Shown here in pieces: positions 17,778 to 26,954 of a stretch of DNA of 64,000 nt. Source of the DNA: Eubacteriales bacterium (GTDB lineage Bacteria > Bacillota > Clostridia > Oscillospirales > CAG-272). Each line of letters opens with the position of its first letter. The stretch's first letter is position 1. The translations under genes were made by a program, and so were the position numbers. The notes under the pieces were generated by a model, which had not been told where the DNA came from, searched no databases, and was given only the letters and a program-made list of their open reading frames with translations. The DNA lies in contig JAZUQQ010000057.1 in the NCBI GenBank assembly GCA_045605765.1, positions 49,421 through 113,420 of the forward strand, written 5' to 3'.

Positions 17778-18821
17778 TTGAAAAAGAAATACCCGAATAT
17801 GTCGGCAAGCAGTCACAATGATACCGACGATCTTGCACCCAAGAAAAAGAAAAGGAAAAATCTGTTTGATATTCTATACAACATGGGAAGTAACAAAGAG
17901 ATAACCGATGACGATCGTATCTCTCCGAGAAATTTCACCTTCTTCTTCAAGCTGACCTGGCGGAATTTCACACGTCTCTTTTACGCAAACATTCTTTTTA
18001 TATTCGCAAATTTTCCTATTATTATAATCGCACTCTTCCTTGCAAAGATATTTCACATCGGTGCGGCAACGCCGTCAAGCCCACTATTTCTACCTTTGTA
18101 CGGAGCGTATGAATTTGGAGCGGTATCCCCAGATTTTTCGGTACTTTGGGGAGTTTTCGGAAACATAGCGACTATATACATCCCGACAGCACTCTCATGG
18201 GTGATACTCGGTATCGGAGTATTCCTGCTCCTTTTCACATTCGGTCCCGTATCAATAGGAATAAGCTATATACTGAGAAATATCGTCCGCGGTGAGCCAA
18301 TATTCTTCATGCGTGATTTCTGGTACGCACTCAAAAAAAATTTGCGCCAAGGTATTTTCGTGGGAATTATCGATCTCTTTCTCTGCTTTATGCTCGTCTA
18401 CGACCTCATCTTCTGCTTTGACAACTTCGGCTCATATCTAAACAGCTTTATGCTTTGGGCGACAGTGTTTATGATCCTCATTTATTTCGTAATGAGATTC
18501 TACATCTACACACTGACTTTAACGTTTGACCTTAAAATCTGGCAGATATTCAAAAATGCGCTTATCTTCGTCTTCCTCGGTTTCAAGCGCAACATACTTG
18601 CGCTGATCGGAATAATTCTTACCGTTTTCCTTAACTTTACGATACTTGGCTTCTATATGCCTATCGGTATCGTGCTCCCTCTCATAATAACCGTAGGTCT
18701 TTGTATGTTTATGGCATCTTATGCCGCTTGGCCGAAGATCAAGGAAATTATGATCGACCCTTACGAACAGACAAGTGCGGATGCCGAATCTGACGAGACC
18801 TCAAACACCGACGAGTTGTAA
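17778..18821 (+). CDS. polytopic membrane protein, possibly DUF624/YesL-like
   Basis: 347 aa with multiple TM helices and an acidic C-terminal tail. TTG start with AAGGA upstream. The family call is tentative. Confidence 0.5.
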   Translation: MKKKYPNMSASSHNDTDDLAPKKKKRKNLFDILYNMGSNKEITDDDRISPRNFTFFFKLTWRNFTRLFYANILFIFANFPIIIIALFLAKIFHIGAATPSSPLFLPLYGAYEFGAVSPDFSVLWGVFGNIATIYIPTALSWVILGIGVFLLLFTFGPVSIGISYILRNIVRGEPIFFMRDFWYALKKNLRQGIFVGIIDLFLCFMLVYDLIFCFDNFGSYLNSFMLWATVFMILIYFVMRFYIYTLTLTFDLKIWQIFKNALIFVFLGFKRNILALIGIILTVFLNFTILGFYMPIGIVLPLIITVGLCMFMASYAAWPKIKEIMIDPYEQTSADAESDETSNTDEL

Positions 18822-18951
18822 ACGAGCTGTGTCTCAAATATTACAAAAAAGTAAATTCGATGTTTCCCCTCTTTTATTTTATAAAATATTATGGTAGAAT
18901 TATACAGTTGACTTAGTTTATTATTTGTTTAAATATAAGGAGTAAATCAAA

Positions 18952-20622
18952 ATGAAAAAAATTCTTGCATTCATCCTTTCGGCAATTATGCTGTTCTCGG
19001 TAGTTTCGTGCAGCAGTGCTTACGACAACTACGGCGACTACATCTCGACCGATCTCTCGAAGATCTCCATTGAAAAAGCAAAGATCCTCGAAAAAGTAGC
19101 AGATCAGATCCTCGCGCTTCGTGAGAAGGGACGCGAAGGACTTTGGATAGAGCTTGATGCTAAGGAAGCAATCGCAAAGAACGGCGATAAGCTCAACATA
19201 GATTTTGATCTTAAATCTTTTAAGGATCCCGACAACAACGATCTGGTACTTTCAGACGAGACCAAAAAGGGTATGAAGTCAGAGGGCTACGAGCTTGTAC
19301 TCGGATCCAACTCCTTCGTAGGTGCTTACGAGGTTAAAGATGACGCGGATAACATCCGTAACAATAAGGGATTCGAAGAACAGCTCATCGGTGCCGTTGT
19401 CAACTCCAACGAGACCGACGACAAGACCAAGGACGATAAGATCGACGTAGTAGTTACCTTCCCCGATGATTACCAGACCAAAGAGCTCCGCAAGGTTATC
19501 GTAACCTTCGAGGTAACCGTAAATTCTATCTCGCGTTCGACCGCTGACCTCACAAACGAGGAGCTTATAGCTTCACTCACCTATGCTTTCGTCGATCCCG
19601 ACGCCAAGGACGAGGATAACACCAATACCGAAGGTGAAGGCAACGACGACGCAGCAACCACCGATGCAGGTGCAGACGACAATGCAAGCGAAGGCGGGGA
19701 AAACGAAGAGGAAGAGGACAAGGTCAAGTTTGAGGATCTCTTCAAGGACAGCAAGCTTGAGATCGACTTCTCTACCGAGGATTTCGGCAAATTCAACACC
19801 ATTTTTGATATAAAGACCGTATTTGACGCTCTCGACGGAAAGACTCTCTACGAGGAATTTGAAATAGTATTCACCGTTCCTTCCGCAGAGGATCTCAAAA
19901 ACGACAAGGACGACGCAGACAAAAACGACAAGTTCGAGCCTTATGCAGGCAGAGCGATCACCGTAAAGTTCACTCTCAGTAACCTTACCGTTCTTCCCGA
20001 GTGGAACGACGCGTACGTTAAGGAGCAGACCAAAGACGAGTACGAAACCGTTGAAGCTTACGAAGATTTCCTCTACGAGGGCTATACTTATGAAATGGCT
20101 TTGACCGCTATAATCGACGGAACCGTAATCAAGAATCTCCCCGAAAAGGAAGTTAAGACCGCTTACAAGAACGCTCTTAAGAACTCGATAACCAACACCA
20201 TCCGCACCGAAAAAAACGCAGACAATGGCGTATATTCGAGCAGCAGCGCCAATTATGTTTATTACGAAATAGGAAATCTTTCTCAGAAAGAGTATGAAAC
20301 CTACATCACCGACGAGGTTTATGCATCAGCTTCTGAGTACGCGGCTGAGCAGGCAGTTATCGCAGTAAAGACATATCTCGTTTACGAATATCTCTTCGAT
20401 GAGCTCGGAATTGAGCTTTCCAACAAAGATTACAAGGCTAAGATCAAGGAAACCTACAGTCCTCTCAAAGATGCTTATAAGAGTATCGGTATAAACAGTC
20501 AGTCCGATTTCGTTGAATATATGTACGGCGGCAAGGACGAGGCTATTAGAACTCTTAAAATAGAAATGCTAAGTGAAAAGAAAACGGAAGTCATCGCGCT
20601 TATTACCGTGGTAGCTGAGTAA
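18952..20622 (+). CDS. lipoprotein with trigger-factor-like FKBP PPIase and C-terminal chaperone-like regions
   Basis: Lipobox LFSVVSC. It follows the trigger-factor PPIase pattern GDKLNIDFD...LVLGSNSFV...GFEEQLIG...VVVTFPDDYQTKELRKVIVTFEVTVNSI. There is an acidic low-complexity insert (DEDNTNTEGEGNDD...EEEED). Confidence 0.55.
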   Translation: MKKILAFILSAIMLFSVVSCSSAYDNYGDYISTDLSKISIEKAKILEKVADQILALREKGREGLWIELDAKEAIAKNGDKLNIDFDLKSFKDPDNNDLVLSDETKKGMKSEGYELVLGSNSFVGAYEVKDDADNIRNNKGFEEQLIGAVVNSNETDDKTKDDKIDVVVTFPDDYQTKELRKVIVTFEVTVNSISRSTADLTNEELIASLTYAFVDPDAKDEDNTNTEGEGNDDAATTDAGADDNASEGGENEEEEDKVKFEDLFKDSKLEIDFSTEDFGKFNTIFDIKTVFDALDGKTLYEEFEIVFTVPSAEDLKNDKDDADKNDKFEPYAGRAITVKFTLSNLTVLPEWNDAYVKEQTKDEYETVEAYEDFLYEGYTYEMALTAIIDGTVIKNLPEKEVKTAYKNALKNSITNTIRTEKNADNGVYSSSSANYVYYEIGNLSQKEYETYITDEVYASASEYAAEQAVIAVKTYLVYEYLFDELGIELSNKDYKAKIKETYSPLKDAYKSIGINSQSDFVEYMYGGKDEAIRTLKIEMLSEKKTEVIALITVVAE

Positions 20623-20634
20623 AAATAAACGAAT

Positions 20635-20665
20635 AAAACCCGAGTTTTTCTCGGGTTTTATTTTT
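20635..20665 (+). terminator. intrinsic terminator
   Basis: AAAACCCGAG-ttttt-CTCGGGTTTT followed by ATTTTT. Confidence 0.85.
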
Positions 20666-20931
20666 GTACACACATATATATCCTGAATAGCGCTGTGAGT
20701 AACTTAATATTAAAAAAACAATGATATATGAGAATAGTCAACATTTTCGGAAGATATGTAAATTTCTACGCGGTTATCATACCATTCTACTTTCCAGAAT
20801 TCTGCCCAGTGTTCTTTTTTACTTACAACCACAATATATGCCTATCTATTATTGTTTGAATCTCTTTTACAAGGTTTATTAGAATTTCGTATTTTTGAAA
20901 AAATTTTTGATTTTCATATTTTACCTTAAAT

Positions 20932-21684
20932 CTAACCCAGCAACGTATCGGTCACAAGCATAACACAAAACCCTACGAGGAGAGCGTAGGTCGCGCCACG
21001 CTCGCTTCCGTGAGCGTGAGTTTCGGGAATCATTTCGTCGCTTATAACGTAAAGCATCGTTCCTCCCGCAAAAGCGAGGGCGAAAGGCAATATCGCAGAT
21101 GCGATACTAACCGCAAAATATCCGATAAGCGTTCCCACGACCTCGACGACGCCTGTCAGCATCGCAATAAGAAAGGTCCTTAACGGCTTCACGCCTGCGG
21201 CGAGCATAGGCCCGATTATTACCATACCTTCGGGGATATTTTGCAGTGCGATACCGCCTGCTATCACAAGCGCCTGAGAGGTATTATCCGACCCGAAGCC
21301 GACACCTGCTGCAATTCCCTCGGGCAAATTATGTATCGCGATAGCCGTCACAAAAAGAAGCACCTTGCTAAGGCTTGTACCGTTATGTTCTTCTATATCA
21401 GGACCCACCATCTTATGCAAATGCGGTACGACCTTATCAATAATATTTAAACATAGAGCACCTGCAAAAATACCGCCTATCGTAATAAGAAGCTTGAATT
21501 TTTCTCCGTACTCAAGCGACGGAATGATAAGTCCGAGAACTGCCGCCGCAAGCATAACGCCTGCCGCAAATGACAGTACTATATCCGAAAATCTATGCGA
21601 TGCTTTCTTAAAAGCAAACCCAATCAGCGACCCAAAAACGGTCGCACCACCAACGCCGAGAGCGGTCAGTAATACGAGATTCAT
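20932..21684 (-). CDS. zupT: ZIP family zinc transporter
   Basis: 250 aa, polytopic, with HNLPEGIA and NIPEGM motifs. AAGGAG RBS present. It starts 18 nt after the upstream dehydrogenase stop. Confidence 0.85.
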   Translation of the reverse strand: MNLVLLTALGVGGATVFGSLIGFAFKKASHRFSDIVLSFAAGVMLAAAVLGLIIPSLEYGEKFKLLITIGGIFAGALCLNIIDKVVPHLHKMVGPDIEEHNGTSLSKVLLFVTAIAIHNLPEGIAAGVGFGSDNTSQALVIAGGIALQNIPEGMVIIGPMLAAGVKPLRTFLIAMLTGVVEVVGTLIGYFAVSIASAILPFALAFAGGTMLYVISDEMIPETHAHGSERGATYALLVGFCVMLVTDTLLG

Positions 21685-21702
21685 TTTATATCTCCTTATT
21701 AT

Positions 21703-22737
21703 TTAAAAACATTTTCCGTCTTTACAGTCTTTCGTACTTCCGCCGCGGTAGCAAAGCTCGTTTTCACACTGCTCTTTTTGTATCATATCAACGATATTTT
21801 TCACCGTAGTTTCGGCAATATTCGACAGTGCTTCCTCTGTCAAAAAGGCTTGATGCGAGGTAACTATAACATTCGGCATAGAGATAAGACGCGCAAGTGT
21901 ATCGTCCTCTAATATATGACCCGAAAAGTCCTCGAAGAAGAAATCGGATTCTTCCTCATAAACGTCAAGGCAAGCGGCGCCCACTTTACGCGATTTGATA
22001 GCGGCGAGCAGAGCCTCGGAATCGACGAGTGCACCTCGCGAGGTGTTTAGAAGCACTACTCCGCGCTTACATTTTTCTATCGATCCCTCGCTTATCATAT
22101 GATGCGTTTCCTCGGTGAGCGGACAATGCAGAGAAATTATATCGCTCCCATTAAAAAGCTCGTCTAGAGTTACGTACTTTACCTTGTCGCCATCTGCAAA
22201 GCCTTCTGATGGGTATTTATCGTATGCCAGTATCTTCATTCCAAATCCTTTGCAAATATTGGCAAAAACGCGACCGATCTTTCCAGTTCCAATGATACCA
22301 ACAGTCTTTCCGTGAAGGTCAAAGCCTGTCATTCCCGCAAGAGAAAAGTTAAAATCACGGGTGCGGATATACGCTTTATGGATACGTCTTATCGAGGTAA
22401 GAAGAAGTGCCATGGTATGTTCTGCGACCGCGTAAGGGGAGTATGCGGGCACGCGCAGGATGTGGACCTTGCCGTAGGCATATTTCATATCGACATTATT
22501 AAATCCCGCGCATCTCAGAGCAACTATCTTAACGCCCATATCGCAGAGTCGGTCGATGACCTTTGCATTCACAATGTCGTTTACGAAAACGCACACTCCG
22601 TCAAAACCGTTTGCAAGACCTGCGGTATCCTCGTTAAGCTTAGTCTCAAAATATTTAAAAGAGACCCCCATCGTTTCGCCATATTTATCAAAAGACTGCT
22701 TATCGTAAGGTTTTGTGTCAAAAAAAGCGATTCTCAT
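21703..22737 (-). CDS. ldhA: D-lactate / D-2-hydroxyacid dehydrogenase with Cys-rich C-terminal tail
   Basis: NAD motif GIIGTGKIGR, catalytic region VTSHQAFLT, and the tail QCENELCYRGGSTKDCKDGKCF. AAGGAGG RBS present. Confidence 0.85.
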   Translation of the reverse strand: MRIAFFDTKPYDKQSFDKYGETMGVSFKYFETKLNEDTAGLANGFDGVCVFVNDIVNAKVIDRLCDMGVKIVALRCAGFNNVDMKYAYGKVHILRVPAYSPYAVAEHTMALLLTSIRRIHKAYIRTRDFNFSLAGMTGFDLHGKTVGIIGTGKIGRVFANICKGFGMKILAYDKYPSEGFADGDKVKYVTLDELFNGSDIISLHCPLTEETHHMISEGSIEKCKRGVVLLNTSRGALVDSEALLAAIKSRKVGAACLDVYEEESDFFFEDFSGHILEDDTLARLISMPNVIVTSHQAFLTEEALSNIAETTVKNIVDMIQKEQCENELCYRGGSTKDCKDGKCF

Positions 22738-22832
22738 AATCTATCCTCCTTTTTTATATTATAACACTGTTTGCTCAAAAAAACAACTCTTATAAGTTAT
22801 TTTATTCAAACTATTACATTAAATACTCAGTT

Positions 22833-22872
22833 AAAACGAAAGAGCAACCCAAAAGGGTTGCTCTTTCGTTTT
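22833..22872 (-). terminator. terminator hairpin downstream of tRNA-Thr
   Basis: Perfect 18-bp stem AAAACGAAAGAGCAACCC-aaaa-GGGTTGCTCTTTCGTTTT. Confidence 0.8.
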
Positions 22873-22873
22873 A

Positions 22874-22946
<73 letters not shown>

Positions 22947-22981
22947 ATATTAAATTAACCATGTCTCACGACTACCTCGCT

Positions 22982-23010
22982 ATTATAGCAGAGCAAAATC
23001 AATTTGTCAA
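22982..23010 (-). promoter_or_regulatory. consensus sigma-A promoter for tRNA-Thr
   Basis: The minus strand reads TTGACA-17 nt-TATAAT. Confidence 0.75.
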
Positions 23011-23070
23011 TAGGATTTTATCGAAAAAATAAAAAAATTTCAATAAAATCCTATTTTGTCGTTTTTTAGC

Positions 23071-23661
23071 TCACGCGTTTCTTCTATGCATGATAAAGCA
23101 TTTTCTTTTTCTGGCAAGTGCGTACTTTTTTATATCGCCCTCAAACACTACATTTCCCTTCACAAGTCTTGAAAGATCATCTGGATTTATCAGCGTATAT
23201 CCGGTATTAACCGAACATATTCCGTACATATCAAGCGTTTCCGCTACGAACTGCGAACAGGTATATTTTCCATCGGGCGCATATTCCTTTTGAAGAAGAT
23301 AGCAGAAAAAACCGATCATGTTATATTTGTGCGTTTGTTTATTCTCCCAAAAATCATTGAGTCGATTCTTTACGTTTTCATACTGCTCGTCGCTTACGGG
23401 AACCTCTACTATTCTTCCGTAAAGCTCCTCGGTCAGACTATAAAATTTTTTATCAAGCTCTTCTCTGAGATAACATCCGATAAATGGGAAAAAAGCATAT
23501 TTTCTTCCGAAAGAAAACATATGGCTAATATCTCTGTCAAGCGTTATTGAGCAGTGCGTAAACTCACCCCTTGTAAAAAGTCCGATAGTATCTGAAACTA
23601 TCGATTTCGGGTGAGAAAACACAACATATATGTACTTTTGAGGGGAATTATTTTTTTTCAT
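23071..23661 (-). CDS. hypothetical protein, possibly permuted papain-like (NlpC/P60 YiiX-type) hydrolase
   Basis: 196 aa. A His block (FTHCSITL) precedes a Cys block (YTCSQFV), as in permuted NlpC/P60 enzymes. This is a by-eye pattern only. Confidence 0.4.
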   Translation of the reverse strand: MKKNNSPQKYIYVVFSHPKSIVSDTIGLFTRGEFTHCSITLDRDISHMFSFGRKYAFFPFIGCYLREELDKKFYSLTEELYGRIVEVPVSDEQYENVKNRLNDFWENKQTHKYNMIGFFCYLLQKEYAPDGKYTCSQFVAETLDMYGICSVNTGYTLINPDDLSRLVKGNVVFEGDIKKYALARKRKCFIMHRRNA

Positions 23662-23789
23662 ACCGCGTTCCTCTCGCGCTTTTATTTAGGCATACATATA
23701 CATTATACACAAAAAATCAAAAAAGTCAAGTCCCTGCCACATCAAAGATATTAGGGAAATAAAATCTTAAAACAAAATTAAAAAAACTG

Positions 23790-23818
23790 TTGATTTTTTT
23801 AAAACACTATGTTATAAT
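23790..23818 (+). promoter_or_regulatory. sigma-A promoter for tRNA-Leu
   Basis: TTGATT-17 nt-TATAAT, 15 nt upstream of the tRNA. Confidence 0.75.
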
Positions 23819-23832
23819 ATCGAAGTACATTC

Positions 23833-23916
23833 GCCGGTGTGGTGGAACTGGCAGACGCGCCGGACTCAAAATCCGGTCCCGGCAACGGGGTGCGGGTTCG
23901 ACCCCCGCCACCGGCA
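23833..23916 (+). tRNA. tRNA-Leu (anticodon CAA)
   Basis: Acceptor GCCGGTG/CACCGGC, anticodon arm CCGGA-CTCAAAA-TCCGG, long variable arm and T-loop GGTTCGACC. No encoded CCA. Confidence 0.92.
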
Positions 23917-23918
23917 TA

Positions 23919-23946
23919 ATACTCGAAAACATATTTTCGAGTATTT
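23919..23946 (+). terminator. hairpin after tRNA-Leu
   Basis: ATACTCGAAAA-cata-TTTTCGAGTAT followed by a short T-run. Confidence 0.6.
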
Positions 23947-24038
23947 CGTAAATTACGCATTTTCATTAACAGGTATTGTACCCATTTGAAAATGCGTTTT
24001 AATTTTTAAATATCTTTCGAGAAAGGAGGCAAAACACT

Positions 24039-24707
24039 ATGTCCACAAAAGTTGACGTATTCGTTGATCAAAACGAAGTCGAAAAGGCAAGTCTTTATAC
24101 ATCGCGCCTTGTTTCCAACGGAAATTTTGGTTCTACATACTGCGTACTCACAGACAAGAGAGTATATCACAAAGGCGTTTTCTCCTCTATACTTTCAAAC
24201 GGCCGTTTTGCAACCGGTGAAAATGTAATCGAGGTAAAGAAAATATCCGCAACCTCTCTTACTGTACGTAAACATCCTATACTGGCTATTTTAGGATTTC
24301 TCTTTCTTCTCGTTGCGGCTGCCGCTTTAGTGCTTAACGTAATGAAAGTAGAATGGTTGCCTGATGATATTGCAAAAATCGCTATCATTGGCGGTATCGT
24401 GCTTGGAATTCTTTTCTTCATTCTGTATCTTGCAGTACAGCAGAAGCTGTTTAGAATCATCTACTGCGGCGGAGAGCTTGCTCTCCAGCTCAACGGCGTT
24501 TCGGTAAAATCCATTCGCGCTTTCCGTACAGCTGTTCACGCTGCAATTTCGGATTCTTGCTGCAACAAGACCAAAGAGCCCGTTATCGAGAGCTCGTGCT
24601 CTACTACGGAAGCAACAGCTCCCGAAGCAGAAATGGAAGCTGCTCCCGAAGCTGTTGCGGAGGCAGAAGTCGAAGCCGCTCCCGCTTCAGAAGAAGCGAA
24701 CGGCTAA
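24039..24707 (+). CDS. hypothetical membrane protein with Ala/Glu/Pro-rich tail
   Basis: 222 aa with two central TM helices and a C-terminal quasi-repeat EATAPEAEMEAAPEAVAEAEVEAAPASEEA. AAGGAGG RBS present. Confidence 0.6.
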   Translation: MSTKVDVFVDQNEVEKASLYTSRLVSNGNFGSTYCVLTDKRVYHKGVFSSILSNGRFATGENVIEVKKISATSLTVRKHPILAILGFLFLLVAAAALVLNVMKVEWLPDDIAKIAIIGGIVLGILFFILYLAVQQKLFRIIYCGGELALQLNGVSVKSIRAFRTAVHAAISDSCCNKTKEPVIESSCSTTEATAPEAEMEAAPEAVAEAEVEAAPASEEANG

Positions 24708-24725
24708 GCTATTTTCGCTCAAATC

Positions 24726-24761
24726 AAAAAACCACCGACACGCTGTGTTCGGTGGTTTTTT
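24726..24761. terminator. bidirectional terminator between convergent genes
   Basis: AAAAAACCACCGA-n-TCGGTGGTTTTTT. Confidence 0.8.
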
Positions 24762-24773
24762 GGTAATATCAAG

Positions 24774-25556
24774 TTATATCTCGAAACACTCGCAAATATT
24801 ATCGGCAAGTATCAGATCCTTTGCAACGACCTTTCCGCATGCGAGCGCGGCGAGGTATCTCTCAACGCCCTCGGTAATAATGAACTTTCCGTCACAAACA
24901 CTAACCTTTACCGGATCGGGAAGCTCTCCATTTTCATAGCGATTTATCAACTCGTTTACTTTCATATCAGAAATCTCAGCTCTGCTTACACACGAGAGGA
25001 TCTTTCCCTGATTTTTCTCGAATTTTATAAGCTCGTCCACAAGCTTCGAGGTATTTTCAAGCGAATTATTATTTATGATATATGAATAGTGATTTATTTT
25101 GGACATTTCGTGCTCGTATCTTTTTAGGCGAAGCTCGATGTCCTTCTCTCCCCTGCCGACAAGGCGCTCAACGAGAGTATCCGCGCTTTCGACGTAAAGG
25201 AAGAGAGGAACTATTTTAACCTCGCCTTTAAGTATTTCACAAAGGTTAAGAGCTCCGTTTACATCGATATCCTTCATAAGAGTTTTACCGCTCGCAACGC
25301 TATCTGCGAGAAGCTGTCTCGAGGTTCCGTAGTAGTGATTGTGAACTCTCTCATACTCGTAGAAATCACCGTTCGCTATCTTTTTCTCGAATTCCTCGTC
25401 GGTTATGAAATAGTACGGAACACCGTCCTTTTCTCCCGGTCTTCTGTCTCTGGTAGTATAAGTCGGCATGATACCGTAACCGTCATTTTGGGATATAAGG
25501 TTATTTATAACGGTATTCTTACCGACTCCCGAGCATCCCGAAAAAATCACTAGCAT
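24774..25556 (-). CDS. guanylate kinase-like protein fused to a C-terminal ParB/Srx-like domain
   Basis: The N-terminal ~185 aa carry P-loop SGCSGVGKNT and TYTTRDRRPGEKDGVPYYFI. The C-terminal ~70 aa read PVKVSVCDGKFIITEGVERYLAALACG, which resembles the ParB N-domain GERR-box region. Confidence 0.7.
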   Translation of the reverse strand: MLVIFSGCSGVGKNTVINNLISQNDGYGIMPTYTTRDRRPGEKDGVPYYFITDEEFEKKIANGDFYEYERVHNHYYGTSRQLLADSVASGKTLMKDIDVNGALNLCEILKGEVKIVPLFLYVESADTLVERLVGRGEKDIELRLKRYEHEMSKINHYSYIINNNSLENTSKLVDELIKFEKNQGKILSCVSRAEISDMKVNELINRYENGELPDPVKVSVCDGKFIITEGVERYLAALACGKVVAKDLILADNICECFEI

Positions 25557-25686
25557 ATATTTTCTCTCCCGATCATAAGATAATTCTGTATTTCAAAAAA
25601 ATCACGAATTTTGTCAAAACACCTAAAGTATTATAACTTCTTTTTGAGTTTATGTCAATAGTTTTAACATTTTTTCACACAATTTA

Positions 25687-25715
25687 TTGACTAAACGGTG
25701 AAAATGTGTTATAAT
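25687..25715 (+). promoter_or_regulatory. consensus-like sigma-A promoter for asnA
   Basis: TTGACT-17 nt-TATAAT. Confidence 0.7.
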
Positions 25716-25755
25716 AAATTATTATTTTTTAAACAATGTTGAAAGGACGATTTTT

Positions 25756-26763
25756 ATGTCTAAATTATACATTCCCGAAGGATATCGCTCGGAGCTGAAT
25801 CTCCGTCAGACACAGTCTGCGATAAAAAAGGTAAAAGACTTTTTCGAGCGTGACCTCGCCATACAGTTAAACCTGACTCGTGTTTCTGCACCGATATATG
25901 TTGAATCGTCCTCGGGTCTGAACGATACGCTCAATGGGTACGAGCGTCCTGTCAGATTCGATCTTCTCGAAAGCGGCAAGGAGTGCGAGATAGTTCATTC
26001 TCTTGCAAAATGGAAGCGTTCCGCGCTCGCGTATTACGGATTTGAGCCGGGTGAGGGTCTTTACACCGATATGTCGGCTATCCGCCGCGACGAGGAAACC
26101 GACAACATACACTCGATCTACGTTGACCAGTGGGACTGGGAAAGAGTTATCACCGCCGAGGAGCGCACCGAGGAGGTTCTCAAACTCACTGTCAACCGCA
26201 TCTACCGCGCGCTTCGTCACACCGAAAACTACATAACCGACGACTATCAGTTTATCGGGCGTCTCCTTCCCGAACACATCACCTTTATTACGTCGCAGGA
26301 ACTTGAAGATCGCTACCCGGACAAAACGGGAAAAGAGAGAGAATATCTCGCGGCAAAGGAGTATGGCGCGATATTTATTATGAAAATAGGCGGCACTCTC
26401 AGATCGGGCAAGCCACACGACGGACGCGCTCCCGACTATGACGATTGGGAACTCAACGGCGACATTATCGTATATTATCCCGTACTTGACATAGCACTCG
26501 AGCTTTCATCTATGGGCATCCGTGTTGACGAAAAGGCTCTTCTCAGGCAGCTTGAGATCGCAGGTTGTCCCGAGCGAGCATATCTTCCCTTCCACAAAGC
26601 GCTTCTTGAAGGCAAGCTTCCCTACACGGTAGGCGGCGGTATCGGTCAGTCAAGAATGTGTATGTTCTTCCTGAGAAAAGCACACATCGGCGAGGTTCAG
26701 TCATCTGTATGGCCGGACGACGTCCGAGAGGAATGCGCAAAAAAAGGCGTTATGATACTTTAA
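25756..26763 (+). CDS. asnA: aspartate--ammonia ligase
   Basis: 335 aa with an AsnA-type sequence including [14 protein letters not shown]. Confidence 0.9.
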   Translation: MSKLYIPEGYRSELNLRQTQSAIKKVKDFFERDLAIQLNLTRVSAPIYVESSSGLNDTLNGYERPVRFDLLESGKECEIVHSLAKWKRSALAYYGFEPGEGLYTDMSAIRRDEETDNIHSIYVDQWDWERVITAEERTEEVLKLTVNRIYRALRHTENYITDDYQFIGRLLPEHITFITSQELEDRYPDKTGKEREYLAAKEYGAIFIMKIGGTLRSGKPHDGRAPDYDDWELNGDIIVYYPVLDIALELSSMGIRVDEKALLRQLEIAGCPERAYLPFHKALLEGKLPYTVGGGIGQSRMCMFFLRKAHIGEVQSSVWPDDVREECAKKGVMIL

Positions 26764-26875
26764 CTTAGGCTCCGCTCTAAGATGGCGCTTAAACCTTTTT
26801 CAAAAAAAGGCTTAAGAATCCAAAAACCTTTATTAAAACTATTAAAACTCACAACGACCGAAACGTTTTTCGGCA

Positions 26876-26904
26876 TTGACAATCTCAGAAATTTATTGTA
26901 TAAT
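26876..26904 (+). promoter_or_regulatory. consensus sigma-A promoter for galM
   Basis: TTGACA-17 nt-TATAAT. Confidence 0.75.
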
Positions 26905-26954
26905 CATATTTGTAATATTTGTAAGCGCATTTTGCGCGGAAAGCAGGATCTTAA

